From the NCBI RefSeq assembly GCF_000619845.1, contig NZ_JHUX01000003.1, positions 1,600,064 to 1,632,063 on the forward strand: a DNA stretch of 32,000 nucleotides. Direction: 5' to 3'. Positions 1 to 9,075 of the stretch are shown here, in pieces. Numbering within the stretch: position 1 is the stretch's first letter; the number at the start of each line of letters is the position of its first letter. The stretch is from Alkanindiges illinoisensis DSM 15370. GTDB taxonomy: Bacteria > Pseudomonadota > Gammaproteobacteria > Pseudomonadales > Moraxellaceae. The notes beneath the pieces are model-generated. The model was not told the DNA's origin. It did not search any database and worked only from the letters and a program-made list of their open reading frames with translations. Position numbers and translations under genes: made by a program.

Positions 1-836
1 TTAAAGCCACGCCATATTTATCCAGTGGCATTATTTTCAAGCGTAATTTTCTGGCCAATCTGTTTATTCCCCACCGATTGCTAAAACGTAAAGCCTTTGA
101 ACAGGTAGCACTGGACTTTATCTGGTGTGGTAATGCGTATCTTGAGAAAATCCCATCACGTCTGGGATCAACCATGAGCTATCAGCCAGCCCTGGCTAAA
201 TATATGCGCCGTGGTGAATATGATGACCAGTTCTTTATGTTGAATCTAAGCCATACCGGTTATCAGGAATATGAGTTCAAGCCTGGCAGTGTTTGCCATA
301 TCAAGGAAACGGACATCGATCAGGAAATTTACGGCACACCAGAATATATTTCAGTGTTACAAAGTGCTTGGCTTAATGAAGCCGCTACTTTATTCCGGCG
401 CAAGTATTACAACAATGGCAGCCATGCCGGTTTTATTATGTATGTGAATGACCCAGCCAATGATCCTGATGACATTACCGCATTACGTCAGGCCTTAAAG
501 GAAAGTAAAGGTCCAGGCAACTTCCGTAACCTGTTCTTCTATAGTCCCAATGGCAAGAAGGATGGCATCCAGATTATTCCAGTATCAGAAATCGCGGCCA
601 AGGATGATTTTGCCCATATTAAATCCATATCACGTGATGATGTATTGGCAGGCATCCGGGTGCCACCACAACTGATGGGCATTATCCCCAGTAACACAGG
701 TGGCTTTGGAGATCCAAAGACAGCACGTGATGTATTCTACCAGAATGAAATTATTCCTCTGCAGTCACGCTTGATGCAGTTTAATGAATGGGCAGGTGAA
801 GAAATCATCCGGTTTAAGGAATTGCCAACGCTATAA
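1..836 (+). CDS. phage portal protein (P2 gpQ / PBSX-type), 5'-truncated at window edge
   Basis: Frame 3 is open from nt 3, with no stop upstream of the TTG at 78 used by the ORF track, so the gene starts outside the window. The translation (...GTPEYISVLQSAWLNEAATLFRRKYYNNGSHAGFIMY...RDDVLAGIRVPPQLMGIIPSNTGGFGD...) matches my memory of PF04860/PBSX-family portal proteins. A strong terminator follows. Confidence 0.8.
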   Translation, partial: KATPYLSSGIIFKRNFLANLFIPHRLLKRKAFEQVALDFIWCGNAYLEKIPSRLGSTMSYQPALAKYMRRGEYDDQFFMLNLSHTGYQEYEFKPGSVCHIKETDIDQEIYGTPEYISVLQSAWLNEAATLFRRKYYNNGSHAGFIMYVNDPANDPDDITALRQALKESKGPGNFRNLFFYSPNGKKDGIQIIPVSEIAAKDDFAHIKSISRDDVLAGIRVPPQLMGIIPSNTGGFGDPKTARDVFYQNEIIPLQSRLMQFNEWAGEEIIRFKELPTL

Positions 837-850
837 GCAGAACCAATAAA

Positions 851-880
851 AAATCCCTCGATATTTGAGGGATTTTTTTT
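851..880 (+). terminator. rho-independent terminator after portal gene
   Basis: Perfect 9-bp stem AAATCCCTC (851-859) / GAGGGATTT (867-875), 7-nt loop, T-run to 880, 15 nt after the portal stop. Confidence 0.8.
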
Positions 881-936
881 GCCCAAAGAAAATGCACCAC
901 AATGGGGCATCAGGCAACCAGCTGACCTGGCTCCGG

Positions 937-960
937 GCAGTTGCCCCACCCCACCTGCGT
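937..960. other. candidate phage cohesive-end (cos) core
   Basis: C-rich tract GCAGTTGCCCCACCCCACCTGCGT lies ~100 bp downstream of the portal stop on the portal-sense strand. In P2 the portal gene Q is transcribed toward cos, and the P2 cohesive end as I recall it (GGCGAGGCGGGGAAAGCAC) reads C-rich on the Q-sense strand. TTGCCCCACCCCACC versus TTTCCCCGCCTCGCC gives 11/15 identities by eye. Confidence 0.3.
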
Positions 961-968
961 TGTCTAAA

Positions 969-1035
969 TAGGGCTGTTTTACTGCAAGACCAGATAAGCC
1001 AAAAAATTAGGGAAAAGTACGCTGGTATTAGGGCT
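969..1035 (+). repeat. TAGGGC(T)/TAGGGA short direct repeats next to candidate cos
   Basis: TAGGGCT at 969-975 and 1029-1035, TAGGGA at 1008-1013. Possible terminase recognition repeats, which is inference only. Confidence 0.3.
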
Positions 1036-1203
1036 TTTAAGAGAAATATATGTTTTTTCTGTACTGCATTTTACGACACCACCCTACATTCGCTGAACTG
1101 ACAAAAATTCGCTCATTTTAGGCAGTCTTACAAAGCATATTGGTATCACCAGTAAAAGATAAAAGACCATAGGAATGTTTGTAATGAGGGATTAGCAAGA
1201 ATT

Positions 1204-1458
1204 TGAAGTAATAAAGTAATAACTAGACTTAAACTGCTGATTTTATTAATAAACATATATTACATTTTGAAGTATTTTTTTGTAATTTTATAAGTAATAT
1301 TTTATAAGTATCTGTTTTTACTATAAATATATATTAGTAGGTATTGCCTTTTTATACAGTAATAAGTTACTTCAATATTACCTCATTGTTACTTCACTGA
1401 TTAGCTGCATCTTATTGTTTATATTATGGTATTTAAAAAATATTACTTTATTACCTCA
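1204..1458. repeat. array of short direct and inverted motifs in AT-rich non-coding DNA (possible att arm / Int-IHF binding sites)
   Basis: TGAAGTA at 1204-1210 and 1268-1274, and its complement within GTTACTTCA at 1366-1374 and 1388-1396. TTTTATAAGTA at 1286-1296 and 1300-1310. TATTACCTCA at 1376-1385 and 1449-1458. Confidence 0.5.
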
Positions 1459-1628
1459 AAAAAACGCTAGTCCCCAACTTTTTTCAGACTCCCAAAATCT
1501 GGCTGTTTTGGTGGTTTTTCATTCAAAACTTTTAAAAACGATGGGAATGGAATGGGAATAGAAAGGCAGCTACTAGCAACGTACTAATACACTAACTTGC
1601 TGTTTTACAATGCTTTATAATCAGGAAA

Positions 1629-1705
1629 TGGGGTGGCTAATGGGACTCGAACCCACGACAACCGAGATCACAACCCGGGGCTCTACCAACTGAGCTATAG
1701 CCACC
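1629..1705 (-). tRNA. tRNA-His (GTG)
   Basis: Reverse complement GGTGGCTATAGCTCAGTTGGTAGAGCCCCGGGTTGTGATCTCGGTTGTCGTGGGTTCGAGTCCCATTAGCCACCCCA. Cloverleaf folds, anticodon loop TTGTGAT, extra G(-1) typical of tRNA-His, encoded CCA. Near-identical in pattern to E. coli hisR as I recall it. Confidence 0.95.
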
Positions 1706-1763
1706 ATAGACAATGCAAGATGCATTATTTTGATGCTTTAATATAAAAGCTGGCGGCATGATG

Positions 1764-1840
1764 TGGCGCGCCTGACAGGATTCGAACCTGTGACCACCCG
1801 CTTAGAAGGCGGGTGCTCTATCCAACTGAGCTACAGGCGC
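1764..1840 (-). tRNA. tRNA-Arg (TCT)
   Basis: Reverse complement GCGCCTGTAGCTCAGTTGGATAGAGCACCCGCCTTCTAAGCGGGTGGTCACAGGTTCGAATCCTGTCAGGCGCGCCA. Anticodon stem CCCGC/GCGGG, loop CTTCTAA, encoded CCA. Confidence 0.95.
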
Positions 1841-1907
1841 ATGATTGCTGATGCCTAACAAGTGTTTAGGTTATCACGCGGCTGCACTACAATAAACCGC
1901 CGATTAA

Positions 1908-1984
<77 letters not shown>

Positions 1985-2028
1985 GATCATCTCAGCTTGT
2001 TGTATCACACTGTGTGCGGTACGGTGTG

Positions 2029-2085
2029 CATTCTAGGCGTGAGCGCGTCACTCGTCAACACCTGTATTTAAAAAAATACGTTTTA
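2029..2085 (-). promoter_or_regulatory. sigma70 promoter of the tRNA-Pro/Arg/His operon with A/T-rich UP-like element
   Basis: On the minus strand: TTGACG (plus 2052-2057), exact 17-bp spacer, TAGAAT (plus 2029-2034), ~40 nt upstream of the tRNA-Pro 5' end. An A/T-rich tract (AAAACGTATTTTTTTAAATAC) lies immediately upstream of the -35. Confidence 0.7.
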
Positions 2086-2136
2086 ATACATCAACCGTTT
2101 ATTTATCCATCAAAATAACTGATATTGCAGCTTTTT

Positions 2137-3201
2137 TCAGCGTTTTAAACTGGCTGTAAAGTTCAGCATGCGATCTAGTGGGAGTTTTGCCCGTTGTGCC
2201 AGCGCCGGATCAACAAAAATTTCCTGATCGCCCGTCTTGAGTACATGCAAAATATTATCCAGCCCATTCATGGCCATCCATGGGCAATGCGCACAGGAAC
2301 GGCAGGTTGCCCCCTCACCTGCGGTTGGCGCCTCAATCAGGGTTTTGCCAGGTGCAGCCTGCTGCATTTTATAAAAAATCCCGCGATCCGTAGCCACAAT
2401 CATGGTTTGATGCGGTAAGGTTTGCGCTGCCTTAATCAGCTGGCTGGTGCTACCTACGGCGTCAGCAATTGCCACCACAGATTCTGGTGATTCAGGATGT
2501 ACCAGCACCGCAGCATCGGGATACAAGGCTTTCATTTGTGCAATGCCCCGTGCACGGAATTCTTCATGCACAATGCAGGCGCCATCCCATAGCAGCATCT
2601 CTGCCTCGGTTTTTTTCTGGATATAACGGCCCAGATGCTGATCCGGTGCCCAGATAATTTTTTCACCCAGACTGTCCAGATGCTCAATAATTTCAACGGC
2701 ACAGCTTGAGGTCACTACCCAGTCTGCCCGCGCTTTTACTGCCGCCGAGGTGTTAGCATAGACCACCACGGCATGGTCAGGATGCTGGTCACAAAACGCA
2801 CTAAACTCATCCACCGGACAGCCTAGATCCAGTGAGCAGGTGGCCTCTAGGGTTGGCATGAGGACGGTTTTTTCAGGTGACAAAATCTTGGAGGTTTCAC
2901 CCATAAATTTAACCCCTGCGACCATCAGTGTGGTGGCAGGATGATCACGACCAAAGCGGGCCATCTCCAATGAATCGGAAACACAGCCGCCAGTTGCTTC
3001 AGCCAGCGCCTGAATTTCAGGATCACAGTAATAATGAGCCACCAGCACGGCATTCCGTTGCTTAAGCTCAGCAGCAATTTCATCATACAGTGCCTGTTTT
3101 TCGGCATTGGTAAGCTGAATTTCCCGGGGTTGTCCCAAACGATCCAGATGCTCCTGCACCAGTGCCTTGGCCTCATTTTCAATCAGGATGGTTTCTGTCA
3201 T
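2137..3201 (-). CDS. nadA: quinolinate synthase NadA
   Basis: 354-aa ORF. Length and sequence (…[17 protein letters not shown]…[13 protein letters not shown]…VHPESP…[10 protein letters not shown]) match the NadA family as I know it. Confidence 0.93.
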   Translation of the reverse strand: MTETILIENEAKALVQEHLDRLGQPREIQLTNAEKQALYDEIAAELKQRNAVLVAHYYCDPEIQALAEATGGCVSDSLEMARFGRDHPATTLMVAGVKFMGETSKILSPEKTVLMPTLEATCSLDLGCPVDEFSAFCDQHPDHAVVVYANTSAAVKARADWVVTSSCAVEIIEHLDSLGEKIIWAPDQHLGRYIQKKTEAEMLLWDGACIVHEEFRARGIAQMKALYPDAAVLVHPESPESVVAIADAVGSTSQLIKAAQTLPHQTMIVATDRGIFYKMQQAAPGKTLIEAPTAGEGATCRSCAHCPWMAMNGLDNILHVLKTGDQEIFVDPALAQRAKLPLDRMLNFTASLKR

Positions 3202-3423
3202 GGACGTGAATATCTCTTGCAGTGTGTAACATGGGCTGGCTTTGACTTAAAGCAGTCACACCGGAGAAACAGGTATAACGGGCTTTCATCAAAGGGTGGC
3301 AGGACTCATAGTATACGAGCAGATTATGCTGTTTTTATAGGGCAAATTTTACCAATTTCAATGGTGAATCTTTTTGAAGCATGAAAAAACAGGGTGAACA
3401 TAAAAATTTTTTAAAACACGAAG

Positions 3424-3461
3424 CTGGCGCAGGCATTACCAAATATTCTCACCTGCGCCAG
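3424..3461 (-). terminator. hairpin downstream of the Prx5-type peroxiredoxin gene (probable terminator)
   Basis: Perfect 10-bp inverted repeat CTGGCGCAGG (3424-3433) / CCTGCGCCAG (3452-3461) with an 18-nt loop. A T-rich tract follows on the minus strand, though not immediately. Confidence 0.45.
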
Positions 3462-3494
3462 AATTTTATTAGTTATTCAAATGAATGGATAATT

Positions 3495-4082
3495 TTAGGA
3501 TGTCTGCTGTGCCAGAAAATCCAGCATGGTTAGTGCATCAGATACCTCAAACGGATCGCTTGGACAATTGTCAGAAAGATTTGGCTCAGCAAAGATTTTG
3601 ACAATTTTCTTGTCATCCACCAGCATGGAATAGCGCCATGAGCGATCGCCAAAGCCCAGATTATTTTTTTTCACCAGCATGTTCATGCCATTGGTGAAGT
3701 CAGCATTGCCATCAGGCAGCATTTTAACTTTTTCAACATCCAGTTTTTTGCTCCACTGGTACATGACGAAAGCATCGTTAACCGCTACGCAATAGATGTC
3801 ATCAATGCCGTATGGTTTAAACTGATCGTATTGTTCTTCATAACCTGGTAAATGCGTGCTGGAACAGGTTGGTGTGAATGCACCCGGCAACGCCACTACA
3901 ATCACTTTACGGCCCTTGAAAATGTCGTCGGTACTGACTTCCTCCCAGCGAAACGGATTTTCACCAACAATGCTTTCGTCACGTACCCGGGTTTTAAACA
4001 CCACATCAGGAACATACTCTGGAAAGTCACGCGACTCGGATTGCAAGGTCTGGTTTTCTGTCTGGTTATCATGTTGAGTCAT
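3495..4082 (-). CDS. peroxiredoxin, Prx5 (atypical 2-Cys, AhpC/TSA) subfamily
   Basis: Motif VVALPGAFTPTCSSTHLPGY is typical of Prx5-type peroxiredoxins. I prefer the ATG at 4082 (MTQHDNQ...), preceded by AGGAAG, over the ORF-track start at 4121. Confidence 0.85.
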   Translation of the reverse strand: MTQHDNQTENQTLQSESRDFPEYVPDVVFKTRVRDESIVGENPFRWEEVSTDDIFKGRKVIVVALPGAFTPTCSSTHLPGYEEQYDQFKPYGIDDIYCVAVNDAFVMYQWSKKLDVEKVKMLPDGNADFTNGMNMLVKKNNLGFGDRSWRYSMLVDDKKIVKIFAEPNLSDNCPSDPFEVSDALTMLDFLAQQTS

Positions 4083-4220
4083 GGTCGTTTTCTTCCTCTT
4101 GCCTGAACAAATAAACTTCATTGAAGCAGAAAAATGCTTTTTTTTGATTGTGGTTTAGTATTAAACACGCTTTGTTTTGCATCTTTATTTTTAATGGTCT
4201 ATTTCAATTTTTTATCTCAA

Positions 4221-4256
4221 ATAAAAAAACGACCTCTGTTGAGATCGTTTTTTTGC
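4221..4256 (-). terminator. rho-independent terminator of argJ
   Basis: Stem 4228-4236 / 4241-4249 with a 4-nt loop. On the minus-strand RNA the single irregular pair is a G-U wobble and a U-run follows (plus-strand A-run 4222-4229). Confidence 0.7.
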
Positions 4257-4293
4257 ATGAATTTAGCTACCAGCCCTATCAGGAGCAGCCTTA

Positions 4294-5514
4294 TTAGGAA
4301 CGATAGTCTGCATTGATCTTCACGTAATCATAGGACAAATCGCAGGTCCATACGGTATCGCTAGCCTCACCACGTCCCAGTGCAATACGGATAGTAATTT
4401 CTTCCTGCTGCATCACGCGCGCGCCCTGAGCCTCGGTATAATCTGGCGCAGCACCGCCATCACGACAGATTTGCACATCATCCAGCCACACCTGAATCTT
4501 GGACACATCCAGCTCCGCTACGCCAGCTTTGCCCACGGCCGCCAGAATACGTCCCCAGTTTGGATCTGAGGCAAAAAAAGCGGTTTTAATCAGTGGAGAA
4601 TGGGCCACGCTATAGGCAATGTCACAGCATTCCTGCGTATTCTGGCCCTGTTCAACATGCACGGTAATAAATTTGGTAGCGCCTTCACCATCACGTACAA
4701 TCAGTTGCGCCAGACGGGTAAACACACGCTGTAGGGCAGCCAGCAACGCTTCATAACGGTTATCCTGCGCAGTTTCTATCACTGCACCGCCAGCCTTGCC
4801 TGTCGCCACGAGAACACAGGCATCGTTGGTTGAGGTATCGCCATCAATGGTAATACGGTTAAAAGATTGCTCAACCACTGCTTTTAATAGCTGTTCCAGC
4901 AATGGCTTGGCAACCGGAGCATCAGTGCCTACAAACGCCAGCATGGTAGCCATATTCGGACGAATCATGCCTGCACCCTTGCTGATCCCGGTAATGGTAT
5001 AGCGCTGGCCTTCAACCTCAATAACTTCCGATGCCCCTTTTGGCAGGGTGTCGGTTGTCATGATTCCAGCACCGGCATCACACCAGGCATCAATGGACAG
5101 GTCTTTTAGGGCGGCTGGCAGACCAGTAATCAGACGGTCAACCGGCAATTGCTCACCAATCACCCCTGTTGAAAATGGCAACACCTGACTGGCTTCAACA
5201 CCCGTCAACTGGGCCAGTGCCTGACAGGTTTCAGCAGTGGTTTCCAGTCCGCGCAACCCGGTTCCGGCATTGGCATTTCCTGTATTAATCACCAGATAGC
5301 GTGGTGCAGCAACCTGCAAATGATGACGCGCCAGTTGCACGGGTGCAGCACAAAACGCATTTTTAGTAAATACGGCAGCAACAGTGGAGTCTTCCGCCAG
5401 CTCAAACACCACCAGATCACGGCGATTTTTATACCGAATATACGCTTCACTAATTCCGATTTTTATGCCTCGTATGGGAAGCATTTCCGGCATCGAAAGA
5501 TCACCAACTGCCAT
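4294..5514 (-). CDS. argJ: bifunctional glutamate N-acetyltransferase / amino-acid acetyltransferase ArgJ
   Basis: 406-aa ORF with ArgJ hallmarks, including the PNMATMLAF self-cleavage region and the N-terminal IRGIKIG...NRRDLV. Confidence 0.93.
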   Translation of the reverse strand: MAVGDLSMPEMLPIRGIKIGISEAYIRYKNRRDLVVFELAEDSTVAAVFTKNAFCAAPVQLARHHLQVAAPRYLVINTGNANAGTGLRGLETTAETCQALAQLTGVEASQVLPFSTGVIGEQLPVDRLITGLPAALKDLSIDAWCDAGAGIMTTDTLPKGASEVIEVEGQRYTITGISKGAGMIRPNMATMLAFVGTDAPVAKPLLEQLLKAVVEQSFNRITIDGDTSTNDACVLVATGKAGGAVIETAQDNRYEALLAALQRVFTRLAQLIVRDGEGATKFITVHVEQGQNTQECCDIAYSVAHSPLIKTAFFASDPNWGRILAAVGKAGVAELDVSKIQVWLDDVQICRDGGAAPDYTEAQGARVMQQEEITIRIALGRGEASDTVWTCDLSYDYVKINADYRS

Positions 5515-5690
5515 GATTTAATTCCTGTTATCGTCAGTTTGAAGAATTGGGCTTTTCGTATTGCTAGTATACAAAAAACTGTTGAATAAGCATGGACAGC
5601 CTTTAAAAAAACTCATGCTTTTTCTTGAGTGGCTTTGCCGAGGATTATCTGACCAATTTGCTAAATGACTAAGGGGTTAAGTTTCCTGCG

Positions 5691-6170
5691 CTATACCGGT
5701 TGCTGGCAGCGCATCAGCAATTGTTCCTTATCGGCTGTGGCCGTGTGGTCAAGCGTCATAGTCACCAGTCGTGCTTCCAGTCCCTGTACATGCCAGCGCA
5801 TGCCCTGCCCCGGATTGATTCCCTGTTCGGTGGCATACAGCTTGCCAACCTGCGAAGGCACACGATACAGCTGATACTGCTGTCCATTGATGTGTAGTGT
5901 CACGCTGGATGGGTTGGAATTAATGGCAGAATAGGTGGCCTGAATCGGGTTTTGATCATCACACTGATAAGTGACCTGAATCGGTGCTTCAAGGGAACTG
6001 GACGCATTAGCCTGATTTGCTGTGGCTGCTGGTTGCTTGTTATCCTGTTGAGCTGCTTTATCTACTGCTTTGGTTTCATCAAGACTAGCCTGATGACGAT
6101 AGGTTATTGAAGCAATAATGACGCTACTTGCAATCAATAACCACGGTAACAGATTTTTAGCCACTTTCAT
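5691..6170 (-). CDS. secreted/membrane-anchored protein, MliC-like (lysozyme-inhibitor fold) candidate
   Basis: N-terminal hydrophobic anchor (LLPWLLIASSVIIASI), a low-complexity linker, then YQC...PSQVGKLYA...WHVQGLEARL...RCQ. This resembles the YxC...SGxxY...WxxKGxEA pattern of MliC/PliC proteins. There is no lipobox Cys. Confidence 0.45.
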   Translation of the reverse strand: MKVAKNLLPWLLIASSVIIASITYRHQASLDETKAVDKAAQQDNKQPAATANQANASSSLEAPIQVTYQCDDQNPIQATYSAINSNPSSVTLHINGQQYQLYRVPSQVGKLYATEQGINPGQGMRWHVQGLEARLVTMTLDHTATADKEQLLMRCQQPV

Positions 6171-6265
6171 TCACTTTTCCAAAACACACATAACAATGTA
6201 CTGTTAACGCTGAACAGGCCAAATCGGCCGACATGATATTGTTTAGCCTGCCTAAAATCTCATGT

Positions 6266-6293
6266 AAAAAAACGGGCTATTTGCCCGTTTTTT
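6266..6293 (-). terminator. rho-independent (bidirectional-looking) terminator after secA
   Basis: AAAAAAACGGGC TATT GCCCGTTTTTTT: GC-rich stem 6273-6277 / 6282-6286 flanked by an A-run and a T-run, 29 nt past the secA stop. Confidence 0.8.
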
Positions 6294-6321
6294 CATTGCC
6301 GCTCAAAAGCAGCGTCACATT

Positions 6322-9075
6322 TTAAGCCAAACGACCATGACACTGCTTGAACTTCTTGCCAGAACCACAAGGGCATGGCGCATTGCGACTGATATTGGCA
6401 TACGGATTGTTAGCCTGTTGCTGCTGGAATGCACGCTGGGCTTCTGCCTCATTCAAGGCAGCCAGTTCAGGATCCTGATGCATTTCACCGGTTAGGCCAT
6501 CCATTTCACTGTGCTGGAATGACAGCTTCATGGCTTCTGCATCACGCTGTTGCTGCGCTTCCAGTTCGGCCAGCTCCTCAGCGGTTGGCAGGTGAACACG
6601 TGCCAGATCCTGTACCACTTCGGTTTTGATGCCACCCAGCAGGGCCTGAAACAGGCTAAAGGCTTCACGCTTGTATTCCTGCTCCGGATTCTTTTGCGCA
6701 TAGCCACGCAAATGAATGCCCTGACGCAAGTAGTCCATAGCGGCCAAATGCTCTTTCCAGTGCTTGTCCAGTGACTGCAGCATGAAATGCCGTTCCAGCA
6801 TTGGTGCCGTGTCTTCACCCATTTGTTCACGACGCGCCAGATAGCGGTCTGTGCCCGCCTGAATGACTTTTTCAAGCAGGGCTTCTTCATCCAGACGACG
6901 GTCTTCATTCAGCCATTGCTGAACCGGCAGCTCAAGGCTTAATTCCTGTTTTAAAGCAGCTTCCAGACCCGGTACATCCCACTGATCTTCAATGCTACCG
7001 GGTGGAATATAGTTACCAACGAGTCCGGCAATGACATCATGGTGCATATTGAGGATGCCATCCTGTAGCGAGCTTTCTGCCAAAATGGCATCGCGCTGGC
7101 TATAGATGATCTTGCGCTGTTCGTTGGCAACATCATCGTATTTCAGCAGGTTTTTACGGATATCAAAGTTACGGGCTTCTACCTTGCGCTGGGCATTTTC
7201 AATAGAGCGACTTACCATTTTATGTTCAATGGCTTCATCTTCCTTGAGACCCATCGCACGCATCATGCCAACCACACGGTCACCGGCAAAAATGCGCATC
7301 AGGTCATCTTCAAGCGACAGGTAGAAACGTGAAACGCCCGGATCGCCCTGACGACCGGCACGACCACGGAGCTGGTTATCAATCCGGCGTGATTCATGCC
7401 GCTCGGAACCAATAATATGCAAGCCACCTGCTTCCAGTACCTGCTGGTGATTGACTTCCCATTCCTGCTTGAGCTGTTCCAGCTGTTCAGGGGTTGCGTT
7501 TTCAATATGCGCAGCCGCTGCCTTCCAGTTACCGCCTAGCAGAATGTCTGTACCACGGCCTGCCATGTTGGTGGCAATGGTCACGGCACCGGGACGGCCA
7601 GCCTGGGCAATAATATCCGCTTCCCGCTCGTGCTGCTTGGCGTTCAGGACTTCGTGCGCAATCCCGGCCTGGGTCAGCTTGTGTGACAGGTATTCACTGC
7701 CTTCAATGGTGGCAGTCCCGACCAGAATCGGGGCATTTTTTTGCGACTTGATTTGCTTGATTTCTTCAATGATGGCGTTGTATTTGCCTTCACGGGTTAG
7801 GTAAATCAGGTCATTCTGGTCATTACGCACCATCGGGCGATGGGTTGGAATAATGACCACATCCAGATTATAAATTTGCTGAAATTCAGTGGCTTCGGTA
7901 TCCGCAGTCCCGGTCATACCAGCCAGTTTGGTGTACAAGCGGAAATAATTCTGGAAAGTGGTGGTGGCCAGTGTCTGGTTTTCCGGCTGGATATTGACGC
8001 CTTCTTTGGCTTCAACTGCCTGATGCAAACCTTCTGACCAGCGGCGGCCCTGCATGGTACGGCCAGTGTGCTCATCCACAATCACAATTTCGCCATCATG
8101 CACAATATAATGCACGTCGCGCTGGAACAGATGATGGGCACGCACCGCAGCATTGACATGATGTACCAGATTCAAATTGGCAGCCGAATACAGGCTCTCG
8201 CCTTCCGCCAGCAAGCCCATTTCAATCAGTTGCTGCTCTACAAACTCATAACCGGTTTCGGTCATTTCAATGGAGCGCTGCTTTTCATCAATCCAGAAAT
8301 GGCCGCCATCTGGCACTTTTTCTTCTTTCTGGCGTTTCAACTTAGGCGCCAGCAAATTAATCATGGCATACATGCGCGAGGAATCCTCGCTCTGTCCAGA
8401 AATAATCAGCGGCGTGCGGGCTTCATCAATTAAAATGGAATCCACTTCGTCGATGATGGCAAAATTCAGGCCGCGCTGCTTTTTCTCATCCAGCGAAAAC
8501 ACCATGTTGTCGCGCAGATAATCAAAGCCAAATTCGTTGTTGGTGCCGTAAGTAATGTCTGCGCGGTAAGCGTCATGTTTTTCCGGTGGCGGCTGCATGG
8601 AGTAAATCACGCCAATGCTTAAGCCCAAAAACTCAAATAACGGACGGTTCAGCTCGGCATCACGCGAGGCCAGATAGTCGTTAACTGTAATGACATGTAC
8701 ACCAGCACCGCTAATGGCATTGAGATAGCAGGCCAGCGTTCCCATCAGGGTTTTACCTTCACCCGTGCGCATCTCGGCAATCTTGCCTTCATGCAGGGTC
8801 ATACCGCCAATTAGCTGTACATCGTAATGGCGCATGCCCAGCACACGCTTTGCCGCTTCACGGCATACTGCAAAGGCTTCTGGCAACAGCTTGTCCAGTG
8901 TTTCGCCCTGCTGATAGCGCTGCCTGAACTCTACGGTTTTCTGGGATAAGTCAGCATCGCTTAACGCTGATATCGTCGGTTCTAATGCATTAATGGCTTC
9001 GACATTTTTGCGCATTCTTTTGAGCTCACGCTCATTTTTAGTACCGAAGATACCTCCGATAAGACTTGCTAACAT
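6322..9075 (-). CDS. secA: preprotein translocase ATPase SecA
   Basis: 917-aa ORF with N-terminus [24 protein letters not shown]-like motor motifs ([27 protein letters not shown]) and the C-terminal zinc site [14 protein letters not shown]. Confidence 0.98.
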   Translation of the reverse strand: MLASLIGGIFGTKNERELKRMRKNVEAINALEPTISALSDADLSQKTVEFRQRYQQGETLDKLLPEAFAVCREAAKRVLGMRHYDVQLIGGMTLHEGKIAEMRTGEGKTLMGTLACYLNAISGAGVHVITVNDYLASRDAELNRPLFEFLGLSIGVIYSMQPPPEKHDAYRADITYGTNNEFGFDYLRDNMVFSLDEKKQRGLNFAIIDEVDSILIDEARTPLIISGQSEDSSRMYAMINLLAPKLKRQKEEKVPDGGHFWIDEKQRSIEMTETGYEFVEQQLIEMGLLAEGESLYSAANLNLVHHVNAAVRAHHLFQRDVHYIVHDGEIVIVDEHTGRTMQGRRWSEGLHQAVEAKEGVNIQPENQTLATTTFQNYFRLYTKLAGMTGTADTEATEFQQIYNLDVVIIPTHRPMVRNDQNDLIYLTREGKYNAIIEEIKQIKSQKNAPILVGTATIEGSEYLSHKLTQAGIAHEVLNAKQHEREADIIAQAGRPGAVTIATNMAGRGTDILLGGNWKAAAAHIENATPEQLEQLKQEWEVNHQQVLEAGGLHIIGSERHESRRIDNQLRGRAGRQGDPGVSRFYLSLEDDLMRIFAGDRVVGMMRAMGLKEDEAIEHKMVSRSIENAQRKVEARNFDIRKNLLKYDDVANEQRKIIYSQRDAILAESSLQDGILNMHHDVIAGLVGNYIPPGSIEDQWDVPGLEAALKQELSLELPVQQWLNEDRRLDEEALLEKVIQAGTDRYLARREQMGEDTAPMLERHFMLQSLDKHWKEHLAAMDYLRQGIHLRGYAQKNPEQEYKREAFSLFQALLGGIKTEVVQDLARVHLPTAEELAELEAQQQRDAEAMKLSFQHSEMDGLTGEMHQDPELAALNEAEAQRAFQQQQANNPYANISRNAPCPCGSGKKFKQCHGRLA

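Larger units (their letters stand above)
1..1628. mobile_element. terminus of integrated P2/phiCTX-like prophage (partial; continues left of window)
   Basis: Portal gene, cos-like tract and an AT-rich ORF-poor segment abut the 3' CCA end of tRNA-His at 1629. GC drops visibly between ~1100 and 1628. Confidence 0.55.

Noticed and set aside
865-1101. 78-aa plus-strand ORF just after the portal gene
   Set aside because: It starts inside the portal terminator hairpin and runs through the cos-like tract and the TAGGGC repeats. It has no SD, an odd composition, and no family I recognise.
1204-1458. Possibility that the short repeats form a CRISPR array or a MITE
   Set aside because: The repeats are only 7-11 bp, irregularly spaced and in mixed orientation, with no regular repeat-spacer periodicity. 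There are no terminal inverted repeats or target-site duplication.
1416-1520. Possible small RNA (promoter-like TTGTTT-17-AATATT, terminator-like CCAAAATCTGGCTGTTTTGG plus T-run)
   Set aside because: Promoter-like hexamers arise easily in ~30% GC DNA and the hairpin stem is entirely A/T-G weak. I kept it only as a remark within the motif-array finding.
5582-5593. ARG-box-like TTGAATAAGCAT upstream of argJ
   Set aside because: Only one half-site resembles the TGAAT-N4-ATTCA consensus and there is no tandem second box.
6528-6908. 126-aa alternative-frame ORF inside secA, plus several other 60-120-aa ORFs nested in secA, folC, accD, trpB, argJ and nadA
   Set aside because: They are nested in, or antisense to, strongly supported housekeeping genes. 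This is typical of moderate-GC coding DNA.
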